Source: Gammaproteobacteria bacterium
GTDB lineage: Bacteria; Pseudomonadota; Gammaproteobacteria; Acidiferrobacterales; SZUA-150
Direction: 5' to 3'
Assembly (NCBI GenBank): GCA_036986275.1
Contig: BTRG01000002.1
Location: 9,387 to 73,386, forward strand
Length of the DNA: 64,000 bases
Part shown: positions 1 to 7,378 of the stretch, piece after piece
Position numbering within the stretch: the stretch's first letter is position 1
Layout: each line of letters begins with the position of its first letter
The notes under the pieces: generated by a model
What the model was told of the DNA's origin: nothing
The model's database searches: none
The model's input: the letters and a program-made list of their open reading frames with translations, nothing else
Program-made: the position numbers and the translations under genes

Positions 1-615
1 ACCCAGTTAGGGAATACACAGGTTAAGATTGAAATATCACCGGTTATGCGTGGTGTTGTGGATGAACCCGTTCAGTTGGAAACATCGGTGCAAACACAGG
101 ATGTCTTTGGTTATGCCAGTGTGCTTGTTGTCTCTTTTAACGACTTATATGCAGGGAAATTATGCGCGGCATTAAATCGGCAACACCCCCGGGATTTGTT
201 TGATGTATCGATGCTTTTGCGTAACGAAGGCATATCGGAGGAATTGTTGCCCGTCTTTTTGGTTTATCTTGTTTGTGGTAATCGCCCAATTGTGGAATTA
301 CTCGCACCTATTGAACAAAGTATAGATCAGACATCTTTTCACGAATTTCAGGGCATGACGACCGAATCAGTGTCAATGGATGAATTACAAAGATCACGCT
401 CATTAATGGTGAAGCAGATAAACGAAATGCTTACGGATAAGCACAAACAATTTCTGCTGACGTTTAAGCGGGGAAAGCCGGATTGGAATTTGTTGAATAT
501 GTCTGGGATTGAACAATTTCCGGCTATTCAATGGAAATTGCATAATATAAACAAGATGCCAAAGCAAAAACATAAAGTAGCATTGGAGAAACTGGAAAAA
601 GTTCTATACGGTTAA
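1..615 (+). CDS. AbiEii/AbiGii-family nucleotidyltransferase toxin, C-terminal part (5-prime end lies outside the window)
   Basis: Frame 1 is open from base 1 (TQLGNTQVKIEISPVMRGVV...), so the ORF-track ATG at 46 is internal. The motifs VKIEISPV.RG and LYAGKLCAAL.R..PRDLFDV resemble DUF1814/AbiEii proteins as I recall them. Confidence 0.55.
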   Translation, partial: TQLGNTQVKIEISPVMRGVVDEPVQLETSVQTQDVFGYASVLVVSFNDLYAGKLCAALNRQHPRDLFDVSMLLRNEGISEELLPVFLVYLVCGNRPIVELLAPIEQSIDQTSFHEFQGMTTESVSMDELQRSRSLMVKQINEMLTDKHKQFLLTFKRGKPDWNLLNMSGIEQFPAIQWKLHNINKMPKQKHKVALEKLEKVLYG

Positions 616-704
616 TGTCTGTTTGAATATCATTTTATTAAAGAAATTAAATAGGCAATATATTTTTACCTTATCGAAGTTACTCGTTAGTCTGAGATTT
701 CATC

Positions 705-1121
705 TTATTTTGTTGTGTATGTACTGCCGACCTCACGTACGCCAATAACCATTTCTTTTCCAAGAATCTGTAGTGCTTTACTTACACGTGGTAATTTTGT
801 AGCGTGGTATGGGTTAAGCATACGGCGAACTATTTTTTTTCGTTTATATCCAGTTGCACTAGTGTCTGGTTAAATCATATATGCATCTTGATAGACGTTT
901 ATGAAACAACAAGTTACAACGAATACAGGGTGTCCTCGACTTGAACGTAGAGCATAAATCGTGTCCCTTATAGAACAATAAGTTACAATCGAAAAATCAC
1001 CCATTTCTTAGTTAACCGGACACTAGTGATCCAGTTGTTTTGCTAACCAGATGTTGGTATGTTTTTGTTCGCGTAATGATGAATAGAGGAAAAGGGGAAA
1101 AGCTGACAGATTTATTTTTTG
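705..1121 (-). pseudogene. Remnant of an XRE/HicB-type HTH antitoxin gene, interrupted by the MITE and out of frame at an A8 run
   Basis: Minus-strand translation of 705-847 gives ..IVRRMLNPYHATKLPRVSKALQILGKEMVIGVREVGSTYTTK*, a typical antitoxin C-terminus. Minus-strand translation of 1038-1121 gives ..LYSSLREQKHTNIWLAKQLD, an HTH-like segment. After removing the MITE and one TSD copy, the two parts join as LAKQLD-INEKK-IVRRML only if the A8 run (833-840) is corrected by one base. No start codon was found. Confidence 0.3.
848..1037. mobile_element. MITE-like non-autonomous element (172 bp, 857-1028) with its 9-bp target-site duplication
   Basis: Terminal inverted repeats are CACTAGTGTCTGGTTAA (857-873) and TTAACCGGACACTAGTG (1012-1028), matching at 16 of 17 positions. 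They are flanked by the identical direct repeat ATCCAGTTG at 848-856 and 1029-1037. Internal sub-repeats are present (acaagttacaacgaa / ataagttacaatcgaa). There is no coding capacity. Confidence 0.7.
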
Positions 1122-1150
1122 TCAGTGATGCATAGTGAGGGGTATTTGCA

Positions 1151-1352
1151 ATGGAAATGATCCAGGTCAGATCAAGTGCTAACCGTGCCGCCGGCTACGA
1201 TCAGTCAACGCGACGAATGCGGATTACTTTTGAGCAAGGGGACAGTTATGACTTCTGCGGTGTACCGCTCCATGTATACGATGGACTGATGAGCGCGTCA
1301 TCCAAGGGCGCTTCACAATAACCACATCAGGGATAGGTACCAGTGTTCCTGA
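1151..1352 (+). pseudogene. KTSC-domain protein gene with an apparent frameshift near its 3-prime end
   Basis: MEMIQVRSSANRAAGYDQSTRRMRITFEQGDSYDFCGVPLHVYDGLMSASSKG matches the KTSC domain pattern and then stops at TAA 1319-1321. The expected continuation (..LHNNHIRDRYQCS*) lies in the +1 frame at 1305-1352. Confidence 0.5.
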
Positions 1353-1404
1353 ATATTATGCTGGTGTCTGTAAGCACTGTATGAGCTGAGTGGGTCTGAA
1401 GCTT

Positions 1405-2874
1405 ATGACTACGACTCTTTGCTGGCACGACTACGAGACCTTCGGTGTCGATCCCAGGCGTGATCGACCAGCGCAATTTGCTGGGTTACGCACCGACGAG
1501 GCGCTCAATGAGGTGGGAGAGCCACTGGTTATCTACTGTAAACCGGCCCGGGATGTGTTGCCACACCCAGAGGCTTGCCTGCTTACGGGGATTACTCCAC
1601 AGCTGGCGGATGCAAAGGGCGTGCTGGAGCCAGAGTTCATTGCCCGCATTCACACTGAGTTGGCACAACCGGGTACCTGCGGTGTGGGTTACAACACCTT
1701 GCGATTTGACGATGAGGTGACCCGCCATACCCTCTATCGAAATTTCTACGAACCCTACGCCCGCGAATGGCAGCATGGCAATTCACGTTGGGACCTTATC
1801 GATCTGGTGCGCATGACCCATGCCTTGCGCCCAGAAGGAATTGAATGGCCTCTGCATGACGATGGCAGGCCCAGCTTTCGGCTCGAAGATCTGGCGGCAG
1901 CCAACGGTATCGGCCACGAGTCTGCCCATGATGCACTATCCGACGTGCGTGCCACCATTGGTTTGGCACGCCTGATACGTGACCGGCAACCACGCCTCTA
2001 TGATTGGCTCTTTCAGCTTCGCAATAAACATAGGGCGGCTAAACAGTTGGACTTGGTTGGGTACGAGCCCGTTTTACACACCTCGCGCATGTACCCATCA
2101 GAGACTGGTTGCACAACCCTGGTTATGCCGTTGGTCGCTGAGCCCGGCAACAACAACAGTGTGCTGGTCTACGATCTGCGTCATGATCCTCGTCCCTTCA
2201 TGGATTTGGACAAGGAGGGTCTGCGTGATCGTCTGTTTACCCGGTCCGAGGATTTGCCCGAGGGTGTGGAACGGCTACCGGTCAAATCCGTGAAGATCAA
2301 CAAGTGTCCGGCCCTAGCACCTCGGAAGACTCTTGATGAATCGGCTATCGAGCGCATCGCAATCGATCTGGATGCCTGTGACCGGCATTGGGAACGATTG
2401 AGTTCGAATATGGGCTTCATGCAGCGAGTTGCACAAGCCTACAGCAGTAGGGAATTCAGCCCCACCGGAGATGTCGATCTGGCGCTGTACGATGGTTTCC
2501 TCAATGATTCGGATCGTCCACTACTTGCCAGGGTGCGTGATGCCTCGAAGCAAGAGCTGGCGCAAACACGTTTCGACTTTCACGATAAGCGGTTGCCAGA
2601 ACTTCTGTTCCGCTACCGTGCCCGAAATTGGCCAGAGACTTTGTCCGCGGAGGAGGCACAACGGTGGGAACAATTTTGTCGTCATCGACTCCAGGATGCA
2701 GATGGGGGTGGCAGTATTACCCTGAGTGATTATTACGATCAGATCGCACTGTTACGGGATGAGCGTGAAGGCGATGCGGATGCGCAGCGGATACTGGATG
2801 CACTGGATGAATGGGGGAGGGTTTGTATAGGAGGCGATCTAAAAACAGGCACTGTGATTAGAAATAACCTATGA
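1405..2874 (+). CDS. sbcB: Exodeoxyribonuclease I
   Basis: MTTTLCWHDYETFGVDPRRDRPAQFAGLRTDE... shows the DEDDh exonuclease motifs of SbcB, and the length is about 489 aa. The ORF track starts at GTG 1390; ATG 1405 aligns better with the E. coli N-terminus. Confidence 0.9.
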   Translation: MTTTLCWHDYETFGVDPRRDRPAQFAGLRTDEALNEVGEPLVIYCKPARDVLPHPEACLLTGITPQLADAKGVLEPEFIARIHTELAQPGTCGVGYNTLRFDDEVTRHTLYRNFYEPYAREWQHGNSRWDLIDLVRMTHALRPEGIEWPLHDDGRPSFRLEDLAAANGIGHESAHDALSDVRATIGLARLIRDRQPRLYDWLFQLRNKHRAAKQLDLVGYEPVLHTSRMYPSETGCTTLVMPLVAEPGNNNSVLVYDLRHDPRPFMDLDKEGLRDRLFTRSEDLPEGVERLPVKSVKINKCPALAPRKTLDESAIERIAIDLDACDRHWERLSSNMGFMQRVAQAYSSREFSPTGDVDLALYDGFLNDSDRPLLARVRDASKQELAQTRFDFHDKRLPELLFRYRARNWPETLSAEEAQRWEQFCRHRLQDADGGGSITLSDYYDQIALLRDEREGDADAQRILDALDEWGRVCIGGDLKTGTVIRNNL

Positions 2875-3219
2875 CCCTTGGCTAAGAAATACGGGAAATT
2901 AGAATTCAAACGGGGAAAAGCGCTAACTCTGATGGATGAGTTCGTGTTGCATAGTTTTACCTGTTATTGATCGTTTATTGCGAAGTGAAGAAACACCTTG
3001 ATAGATGAAGTGTAAGTCTTATTTTTGGTTTGAACATTGAAATTCCGGATTGATGCCAATATGCGAAAATGCATTTCCTCTGTGCCTGACCGGATGGTGA
3101 ACTTCCTCCGTTTTAGTAGACACGCGATGGGCCCCAGCCCAGTTAACACCTAAGACCGGTATGAGGCTTGCTCAAATGCCACTGAGCTGACATTTCATCC
3201 AAGGGCTCCCCAGTCCGGC

Positions 3220-3798
3220 TCAGGCGCTTAGATTGCTCGTGATGATTTCTGTGCCCGCTTTCAACTTGTAGAGGTAATCCGCCCACACCTGCATCATTTT
3301 TCTGCGTTCAAGTAGGTGGGCTGTGCGATTATAAGCGCGCCCGTTGGGATCGCGCACTGCATGAGCAAGTTGATGCTCGATGTAATCCGGGCGGAAACCC
3401 AGCACTTCATCGAGGATGGTTCTCGCCATCGCACGGAATCCGTGGCCGCTCATTTCTTCCTTACTGATACCCATGCGTCGCATGGCGGCAAGGATCGCGT
3501 TATCACTCATCGGTCGTAACGTGCTGCGTGCACCTGGGAAGACATAGCATCCTCGACCAGTAACAGAGTGAAGTTCGTGCAGTATGTCTATGGCCTGCCG
3601 GGTTAGGGGAACAATGTGTTGGGTGTTGGTCTTGGTGACGGTGTAGCGCCATTCTGCTTTATCAAGGTTTATATCCGCCCATTCAGCATGTCGTAGTTCG
3701 CCTGGACGCACGAAGACCAATGGAGCGAGGCGGAGAGCGCAGCGGACGGTGAGGGTGCCTACGTAGCCATCTAAATACTCTGAGTATTTCAATTTCAA
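3220..3798 (-). pseudogene. P4-type tyrosine integrase, C-terminal catalytic domain only (N-terminal ~200 aa missing)
   Basis: The 192-aa product carries the R (VRPGELR), HxxR (HGFRAMAR) and Y (RAYNRTAH) catalytic signature of tyrosine recombinases. Full-length P4-like integrases are about 400 aa. Its first codon overlaps the higA stop. Confidence 0.75.
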
Positions 3799-4163
3799 GC
3801 GTGTACGTGAGGCTGCTTTATTAGCGATTCGGCAGGTATGCCCAGCCCTTCGTGGAGCCTCCAGATCATTTTGAGTGTCAATGAGCGTTTGTAATTGAGG
3901 ATCTCATACACGCGATTACTTTTGCCAATCATAGGCTCCAGGTCTTTTACGGTCAGGCCTGATCTTTCCATCTCAAATTTGATGGCCTCAACAGGGTCTG
4001 GAAGGTCAAGCGGGTAGTGCTTCGCTTCATAGGCCTCTATGAGTGTTACCAACACATCCAGCTTTTCACCTTCGGGTGAATCTGGCTCTGCCATCATGAG
4101 CGTTTCTACTTCTTTCAGTGCCGCGCGGTAGTCGGCATTAGTTTTAATCGGTTTGATATCCAT
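3795..4163 (-). CDS. higA: HigA-type HTH (XRE) antitoxin
   Basis: 122 aa, with the C-terminal HTH LTVKDLEPMIGKSNRVYEILNYKRSLTLKMIWRLHEGLGIPAESL. It lies directly downstream of a HigB-family toxin gene, which is the reversed toxin-first order typical of higBA. Confidence 0.75.
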   Translation of the reverse strand: MDIKPIKTNADYRAALKEVETLMMAEPDSPEGEKLDVLVTLIEAYEAKHYPLDLPDPVEAIKFEMERSGLTVKDLEPMIGKSNRVYEILNYKRSLTLKMIWRLHEGLGIPAESLIKQPHVHA

Positions 4164-4180
4164 GACTTTTACCTCTGGCG

Positions 4181-4531
4181 TTAAATTGTTTGTACATCTA
4201 TTTTGTCGTATTGAGCATGAGTTCCTATGAAGCGGATATAAACCACCCTATAGGCATAATTAATCCATACCACCAGCCGATATTTGTTACCGGCTATATT
4301 GAATACCGCTCTCGGCTCTGGCTTCCTGCTTCGCTCTACCTCCTGCATCCATGCAGTCGTGCCATCTTTGAGGATGCTCGCATTCCTGAAATCTTGCTTC
4401 ACATCCGTAGGTGTTGCCCAGTCTGCTTTCAATGTATGTCGATACCAGGCCAGGGTCTGAGCGGCGGCGTCCGAGTATTCTGGGTTCTTTTCCCAGAATG
4501 CCTTTAGTGTTGATAAGGCGATAATTCTCAT
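4181..4531 (-). CDS. higB: HigB-family (RelE-fold) toxin with an extra internal segment
   Basis: MRIIALSTLKAFWEKNPEYSDAAAQTLAWYRHTLKADWATPTDVKQDFRNASIL...VFNIAGNKYRLVVWINYAYRVVYIRFIGTHAQYDKIDVQTI matches the HigB_toxin family pattern. It is 116 aa versus roughly 95-100 aa as I recall. Confidence 0.75.
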   Translation of the reverse strand: MRIIALSTLKAFWEKNPEYSDAAAQTLAWYRHTLKADWATPTDVKQDFRNASILKDGTTAWMQEVERSRKPEPRAVFNIAGNKYRLVVWINYAYRVVYIRFIGTHAQYDKIDVQTI

Positions 4532-4542
4532 ATCCTGAATAA

Positions 4543-4561
4543 TAGTCCCAAAACGGGACTA
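4543..4561. promoter_or_regulatory. Candidate HigA operator (7-bp inverted repeat) in the higB/xis divergent promoter region
   Basis: TAGTCCC-aaaac-GGGACTA is a perfect inverted repeat 12 nt upstream of the higB start codon. A second small IR, TATCC-ag-GGATA, lies near 4577-4588. Confidence 0.35.
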
Positions 4562-4646
4562 CTTCAACTTGTCTAATATCCAGGGATATGGAAGGTGTGC
4601 CGCGGGCGTATGGATGCATGGGAGTGGCGATTCTGGAGGCGTGTAT

Positions 4647-4850
4647 ATGAATAATCAACGGCTTATGACCCAAAGAGAACTATGCAATCGCTGGCAATTA
4701 AGCGAAGCCACACTTGAGCGTTGGCGAGCAGATGGAGTTGGTCCAATTTGCATCAAGCTAGGCGGGCAGGTCAGATACCGGCGAGAAGGTATTGAGATCT
4801 ATGAGGAGAATTGCTTACGGGTTAGTACGTTAGAGGCGTATATCGTGTAA
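4647..4850 (+). CDS. Excisionase/MerR-like helix-turn-helix DNA-binding protein (HTH_17 type)
   Basis: MNNQRLMTQRELCNRWQLSEATLERWRADGVGPICIKLGGQVRYRREGIEIYEE. GGAGG at 4635-4639 precedes ATG 4647. The longer ORF-track start at 4569 has no such support. Confidence 0.6.
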   Translation: MNNQRLMTQRELCNRWQLSEATLERWRADGVGPICIKLGGQVRYRREGIEIYEENCLRVSTLEAYIV

Positions 4851-4939
4851 GTAACAGAATAGCCCCTCAATAACCTGAAAACTTGAAAGAAAAATGAGGG
4901 TTAATAAAAGCCCCTGACCGAAATCGGTCAGGGGTGTGT

Positions 4940-5303
4940 TGGTGGAGGCGGCGGGAATCGAACCCGCGTCCGCAAATCCTCCGCCTTCGGTTCTACATGC
5001 TTAGCCGCGTCTTTAAGTTTAACTGTAAGCTACCCGACGGGCAGGGAAGACTTACAGCGATTCCGGTAAAAGTTTAATGAATCTGCCCCGAACGTGCTTC
5101 ATCACGATCTTGTGAGATATGACGCCTGAAATCTGAACGCACAAGCACGGCTTCAGTCAGACGGCACCCTACTGGTGTTTAGGCAGCGAGTGCGTAGTTG
5201 TCGTCGTTGGCAACTATAGAGTTTGCAGTTGTGTTTACGAGGTAATCTGCGCCTCGGCATGCCCCTCAGGTTTTGTGACCCACGTCGAAGCCAGGTCGCC
5301 CCC
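4940..5303 (-). ncRNA. ssrA: tmRNA (SsrA), tag peptide ANDDNYALAA
   Basis: The reverse complement begins GGGGGCGACCUGGCUUCGACGUGGG and ends GGGUUCGAUUCCCGCCGCCUCCACCA. The 5-prime GGGGGCG pairs with CGCCUCC at the 3-prime end. The internal frame gcc aac gac gac aac tac gca ctc gct gcc taa (5211 down to 5179) follows the conserved GCAUGCCGAGG..CCUCGUAAA region. Confidence 0.95.
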
Positions 5304-5435
5304 AAAAGAGAAGTGGCGAGTAGCGAGGGTCTAGTAGCGAGGAACTTCGTTACCGCCCAGGCCACAGGCCGGAGACTCAATTCTAATGAGTCATCAAGAG
5401 TATAACCCCTGATGTATAAAATGGGGAGGTTTCAG

Positions 5436-5494
5436 CCCTTTTTCAAGGCGCGTTCGGTTTCACGCTTTTTAATGCTGGCGCGTTTGTCGTGCGC
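5436..5494 (-). repeat. Degenerate duplicate of the smpB 3-prime end (att-like direct repeat, copy A)
   Basis: The sequence ccctttttcaaggcgcg/ttcggtttcacg/..atgctggcgcgtttgtcgtgcg matches 6909-6979 apart from a 12-nt deletion and 3 mismatches. On the minus strand it still reads [19 protein letters not shown]. Confidence 0.85.
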
Positions 5495-5548
5495 TGGGCG
5501 TTGAGTGAAAGGGCTTATGGGTTCCAGTAAATGTCCACTAAAAATGGC

Positions 5549-5649
5549 TGTACATTATTAATGTACATGATATATTAGTGAACATGCTACTCAAGAAGTG
5601 GAGTGAACACCCCCTCTTGTTCACTAAAGGAGGATGTACATTAATAATG
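5549..5649. promoter_or_regulatory. Cluster of operator-like repeats upstream of the AbiEi-like gene
   Basis: The 19-bp palindrome TGTACATTAtTAATGTACA lies at 5549-5567, and TGTACATTAATAATG recurs at 5635-5649. AGTGAACA occurs at 5577-5584 and 5602-5609, with the inverted TGTTCACT at 5618-5625. Confidence 0.45.
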
Positions 5650-5663
5650 AATTTGGCTGATTT

Positions 5664-6749
5664 TTGAACATCATGAACCGGGAAACAGGCATCGAGCAGG
5701 AAATCCTTGATCGCGCTATCCAGGCTGTGGAGCGCGAGACGGGACTGCATCTGCATATTGAACAATTGCAAGCCTATGTAGGTGACTACAGAGTTGATGC
5801 CATTGTGCGGCTTGAGCCTGGTGATCAAGCGCTAGCGGTCGAGATAAAGAAGTGGGCGCAACACGCCAACCTCGGCGCCCTGATCAACCAGGTCAAGCAA
5901 CTGCCAGAGGAGGGGCTGCTGGTGGCCGATTACGTCAATCCCAGAATGGCGGACAAGCTGCGCAAGCAGCAGGTACAGTTTATCGATGTGGCAGGCAATG
6001 CTTACATCAATCAGCCACCCGTTTATGTCTATGTCACAGGCAACCGGCAGGAGGAGCACGGTTTTATGCCAGATAAGGGTGGCGTGAAACGGGCATTTGA
6101 ACCCAAGGGTTTGATGGTTATTTACGCCTTCCTTCGTCATCCGCAACTCGTCAATGCGCCTTATCGCGAGATAGCGGAGAGGGCTGGGGTGGCGGTCGGC
6201 ACTGTAGGTTGGGTTTTGAACGGTCTCAAGGCCGCGGAATTCATTCGTGATAAAGGCGGCAAGAAAAAGCGTCGCCTTGTCCGCTACCGTAAGCTGTTAG
6301 ACCGCTGGGTGGAGGCCTGGCCCGAGAAACTCAAGCCGAAGCTACTTGTGGGTGAGTTCATCGCGGATGATCCGTACTGGTGGAAAGACGTCGACATTAC
6401 TGCATACGATGGTCATTGGGGCGGAGAAACCGCGGCAGCCAAATATACAAATTACCTCAAGCCAACGGTGGCGACGGTTTACCTGCCTGAACATGCCCGC
6501 ACCCGACTGCTTCGCGATGCCCGACTTCGAAAAGCGATTGAATGGACCGGAGATGATGCGGGTACAGTGCTTATTTATCGACCATTTTGGCAGGTGCAAC
6601 TTGATGAACTCGATACCGAATTGAGGAAAGGATTGGTCCACCCAATTTTGGTTTATGCCGATCTGGTGGCAACGGGTGACCCTAGAAATTTAGAAGTGGC
6701 ACGGAGAATCTATGACGAGCACATTGCTCAATATTGCAGGGAAGATTAA
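5664..6749 (+). CDS. AbiEi_2-like (type IV TA antitoxin-like) wHTH protein with an extra N-terminal PD-(D/E)xK-like region
   Basis: The central HTH is YREIAERAGVAVGTVGWVLNGLKAAEFI. The C-terminal part (LLDRWVEAWPEKLKPKLLVGEF...WGGETAAAKYTNYLKPTVATVYLP) resembles the AbiEi_2/DUF2186 family as I recall it. The N-terminus has VDAIVRLE...LAVEIKK, a D..E.K pattern. The start is uncertain (TTG 5664 or ATG 5673). Confidence 0.5.
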   Translation: MNIMNRETGIEQEILDRAIQAVERETGLHLHIEQLQAYVGDYRVDAIVRLEPGDQALAVEIKKWAQHANLGALINQVKQLPEEGLLVADYVNPRMADKLRKQQVQFIDVAGNAYINQPPVYVYVTGNRQEEHGFMPDKGGVKRAFEPKGLMVIYAFLRHPQLVNAPYREIAERAGVAVGTVGWVLNGLKAAEFIRDKGGKKKRRLVRYRKLLDRWVEAWPEKLKPKLLVGEFIADDPYWWKDVDITAYDGHWGGETAAAKYTNYLKPTVATVYLPEHARTRLLRDARLRKAIEWTGDDAGTVLIYRPFWQVQLDELDTELRKGLVHPILVYADLVATGDPRNLEVARRIYDEHIAQYCRED

Positions 6750-6864
6750 TCCGCAAACTGTCGCACTATTCGAAACAGTCAGCCGTGCAATTGCTGATAT
6801 GGATATGCCCTATTCAGTACGACAGGAATCAACAGTTACTAACTGCCTTCATGGCCGGTTTTAA
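6712..6864 (+). pseudogene. Truncated nucleotidyltransferase-like partner gene (only ~34 N-terminal codons recognisable)
   Basis: This 50-codon ORF overlaps the end of the upstream gene by 38 nt (MTSTLLNIAGKINPQTVALFETVSRAIADMDMPY...). The N-terminus resembles those of toxin-type nucleotidyltransferases found downstream of AbiEi genes. It then diverges and terminates just before smpB. Confidence 0.3.
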
Positions 6865-6904
6865 CCAACAATAAGGTAAAGCGTTTTATATATGCGGGCA
6901 GTTG

Positions 6905-7378
6905 TTATCCCTTTTTCAAGGCGCGGGCGATCTCGCGTTCGGTTTCACGTTTCTTGATGCTGGCGCGTTTGTCGTGCGACTGCTTGCCGCGGGCCAGACC
7001 AATCTCCAGTTTGGCGCGGCCATGTTTCCAGTACATCGACAACGGCGCCAGTGTGTAGCCCTTGCGGTCAACAGCGCCTATGAGTTTGTCGATTTCGCGC
7101 GCATGCAATAAAAGTTTGCGCGGTCGATCCGGGTGGGGATGGATGTGAGTGGAGGCCGTTGCCAGCGGTGCAATGTGCACACCCAGCAGCCAGGCCTCGC
7201 CTTTTTCCACGCGCACATAGCCCTCCGTCAGTTGCACCCGCCCGGCCCGCAGGCTCTTGACCTCCCAGCCTTCCAGCGCCAGGCCGGCCTCGAAGCGATC
7301 TTCGATGAAATAGTCGTGCCGGGCCTTTTTGTTCTGGGCTATGGTGTTACTAGGCGCCTTGGGTTTTTTCTTACTCAT
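6905..7378 (-). CDS. smpB: SsrA-binding protein SmpB
   Basis: [46 protein letters not shown]... is the canonical SmpB sequence, 157 aa. Confidence 0.95.
   Translation of the reverse strand: MSKKKPKAPSNTIAQNKKARHDYFIEDRFEAGLALEGWEVKSLRAGRVQLTEGYVRVEKGEAWLLGVHIAPLATASTHIHPHPDRPRKLLLHAREIDKLIGAVDRKGYTLAPLSMYWKHGRAKLEIGLARGKQSHDKRASIKKRETEREIARALKKG
6909..6979 (-). repeat. smpB 3-prime end, copy B of the att-like direct repeat
   Basis: This is the functional end of smpB and is duplicated at 5436-5494. Confidence 0.85.

Noticed and set aside
2964-3149. 61-aa minus-strand ORF in the AT-rich region after sbcB
   Set aside because: It has no RBS and a low-complexity sequence in island-remnant DNA, so there is no support for coding.
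5153-5405. ORFs 5153-5380 (minus) and 5223-5405 (plus)
   Set aside because: They lie within or across the tmRNA gene. The only translated part of that RNA is the 10-codon tag frame.
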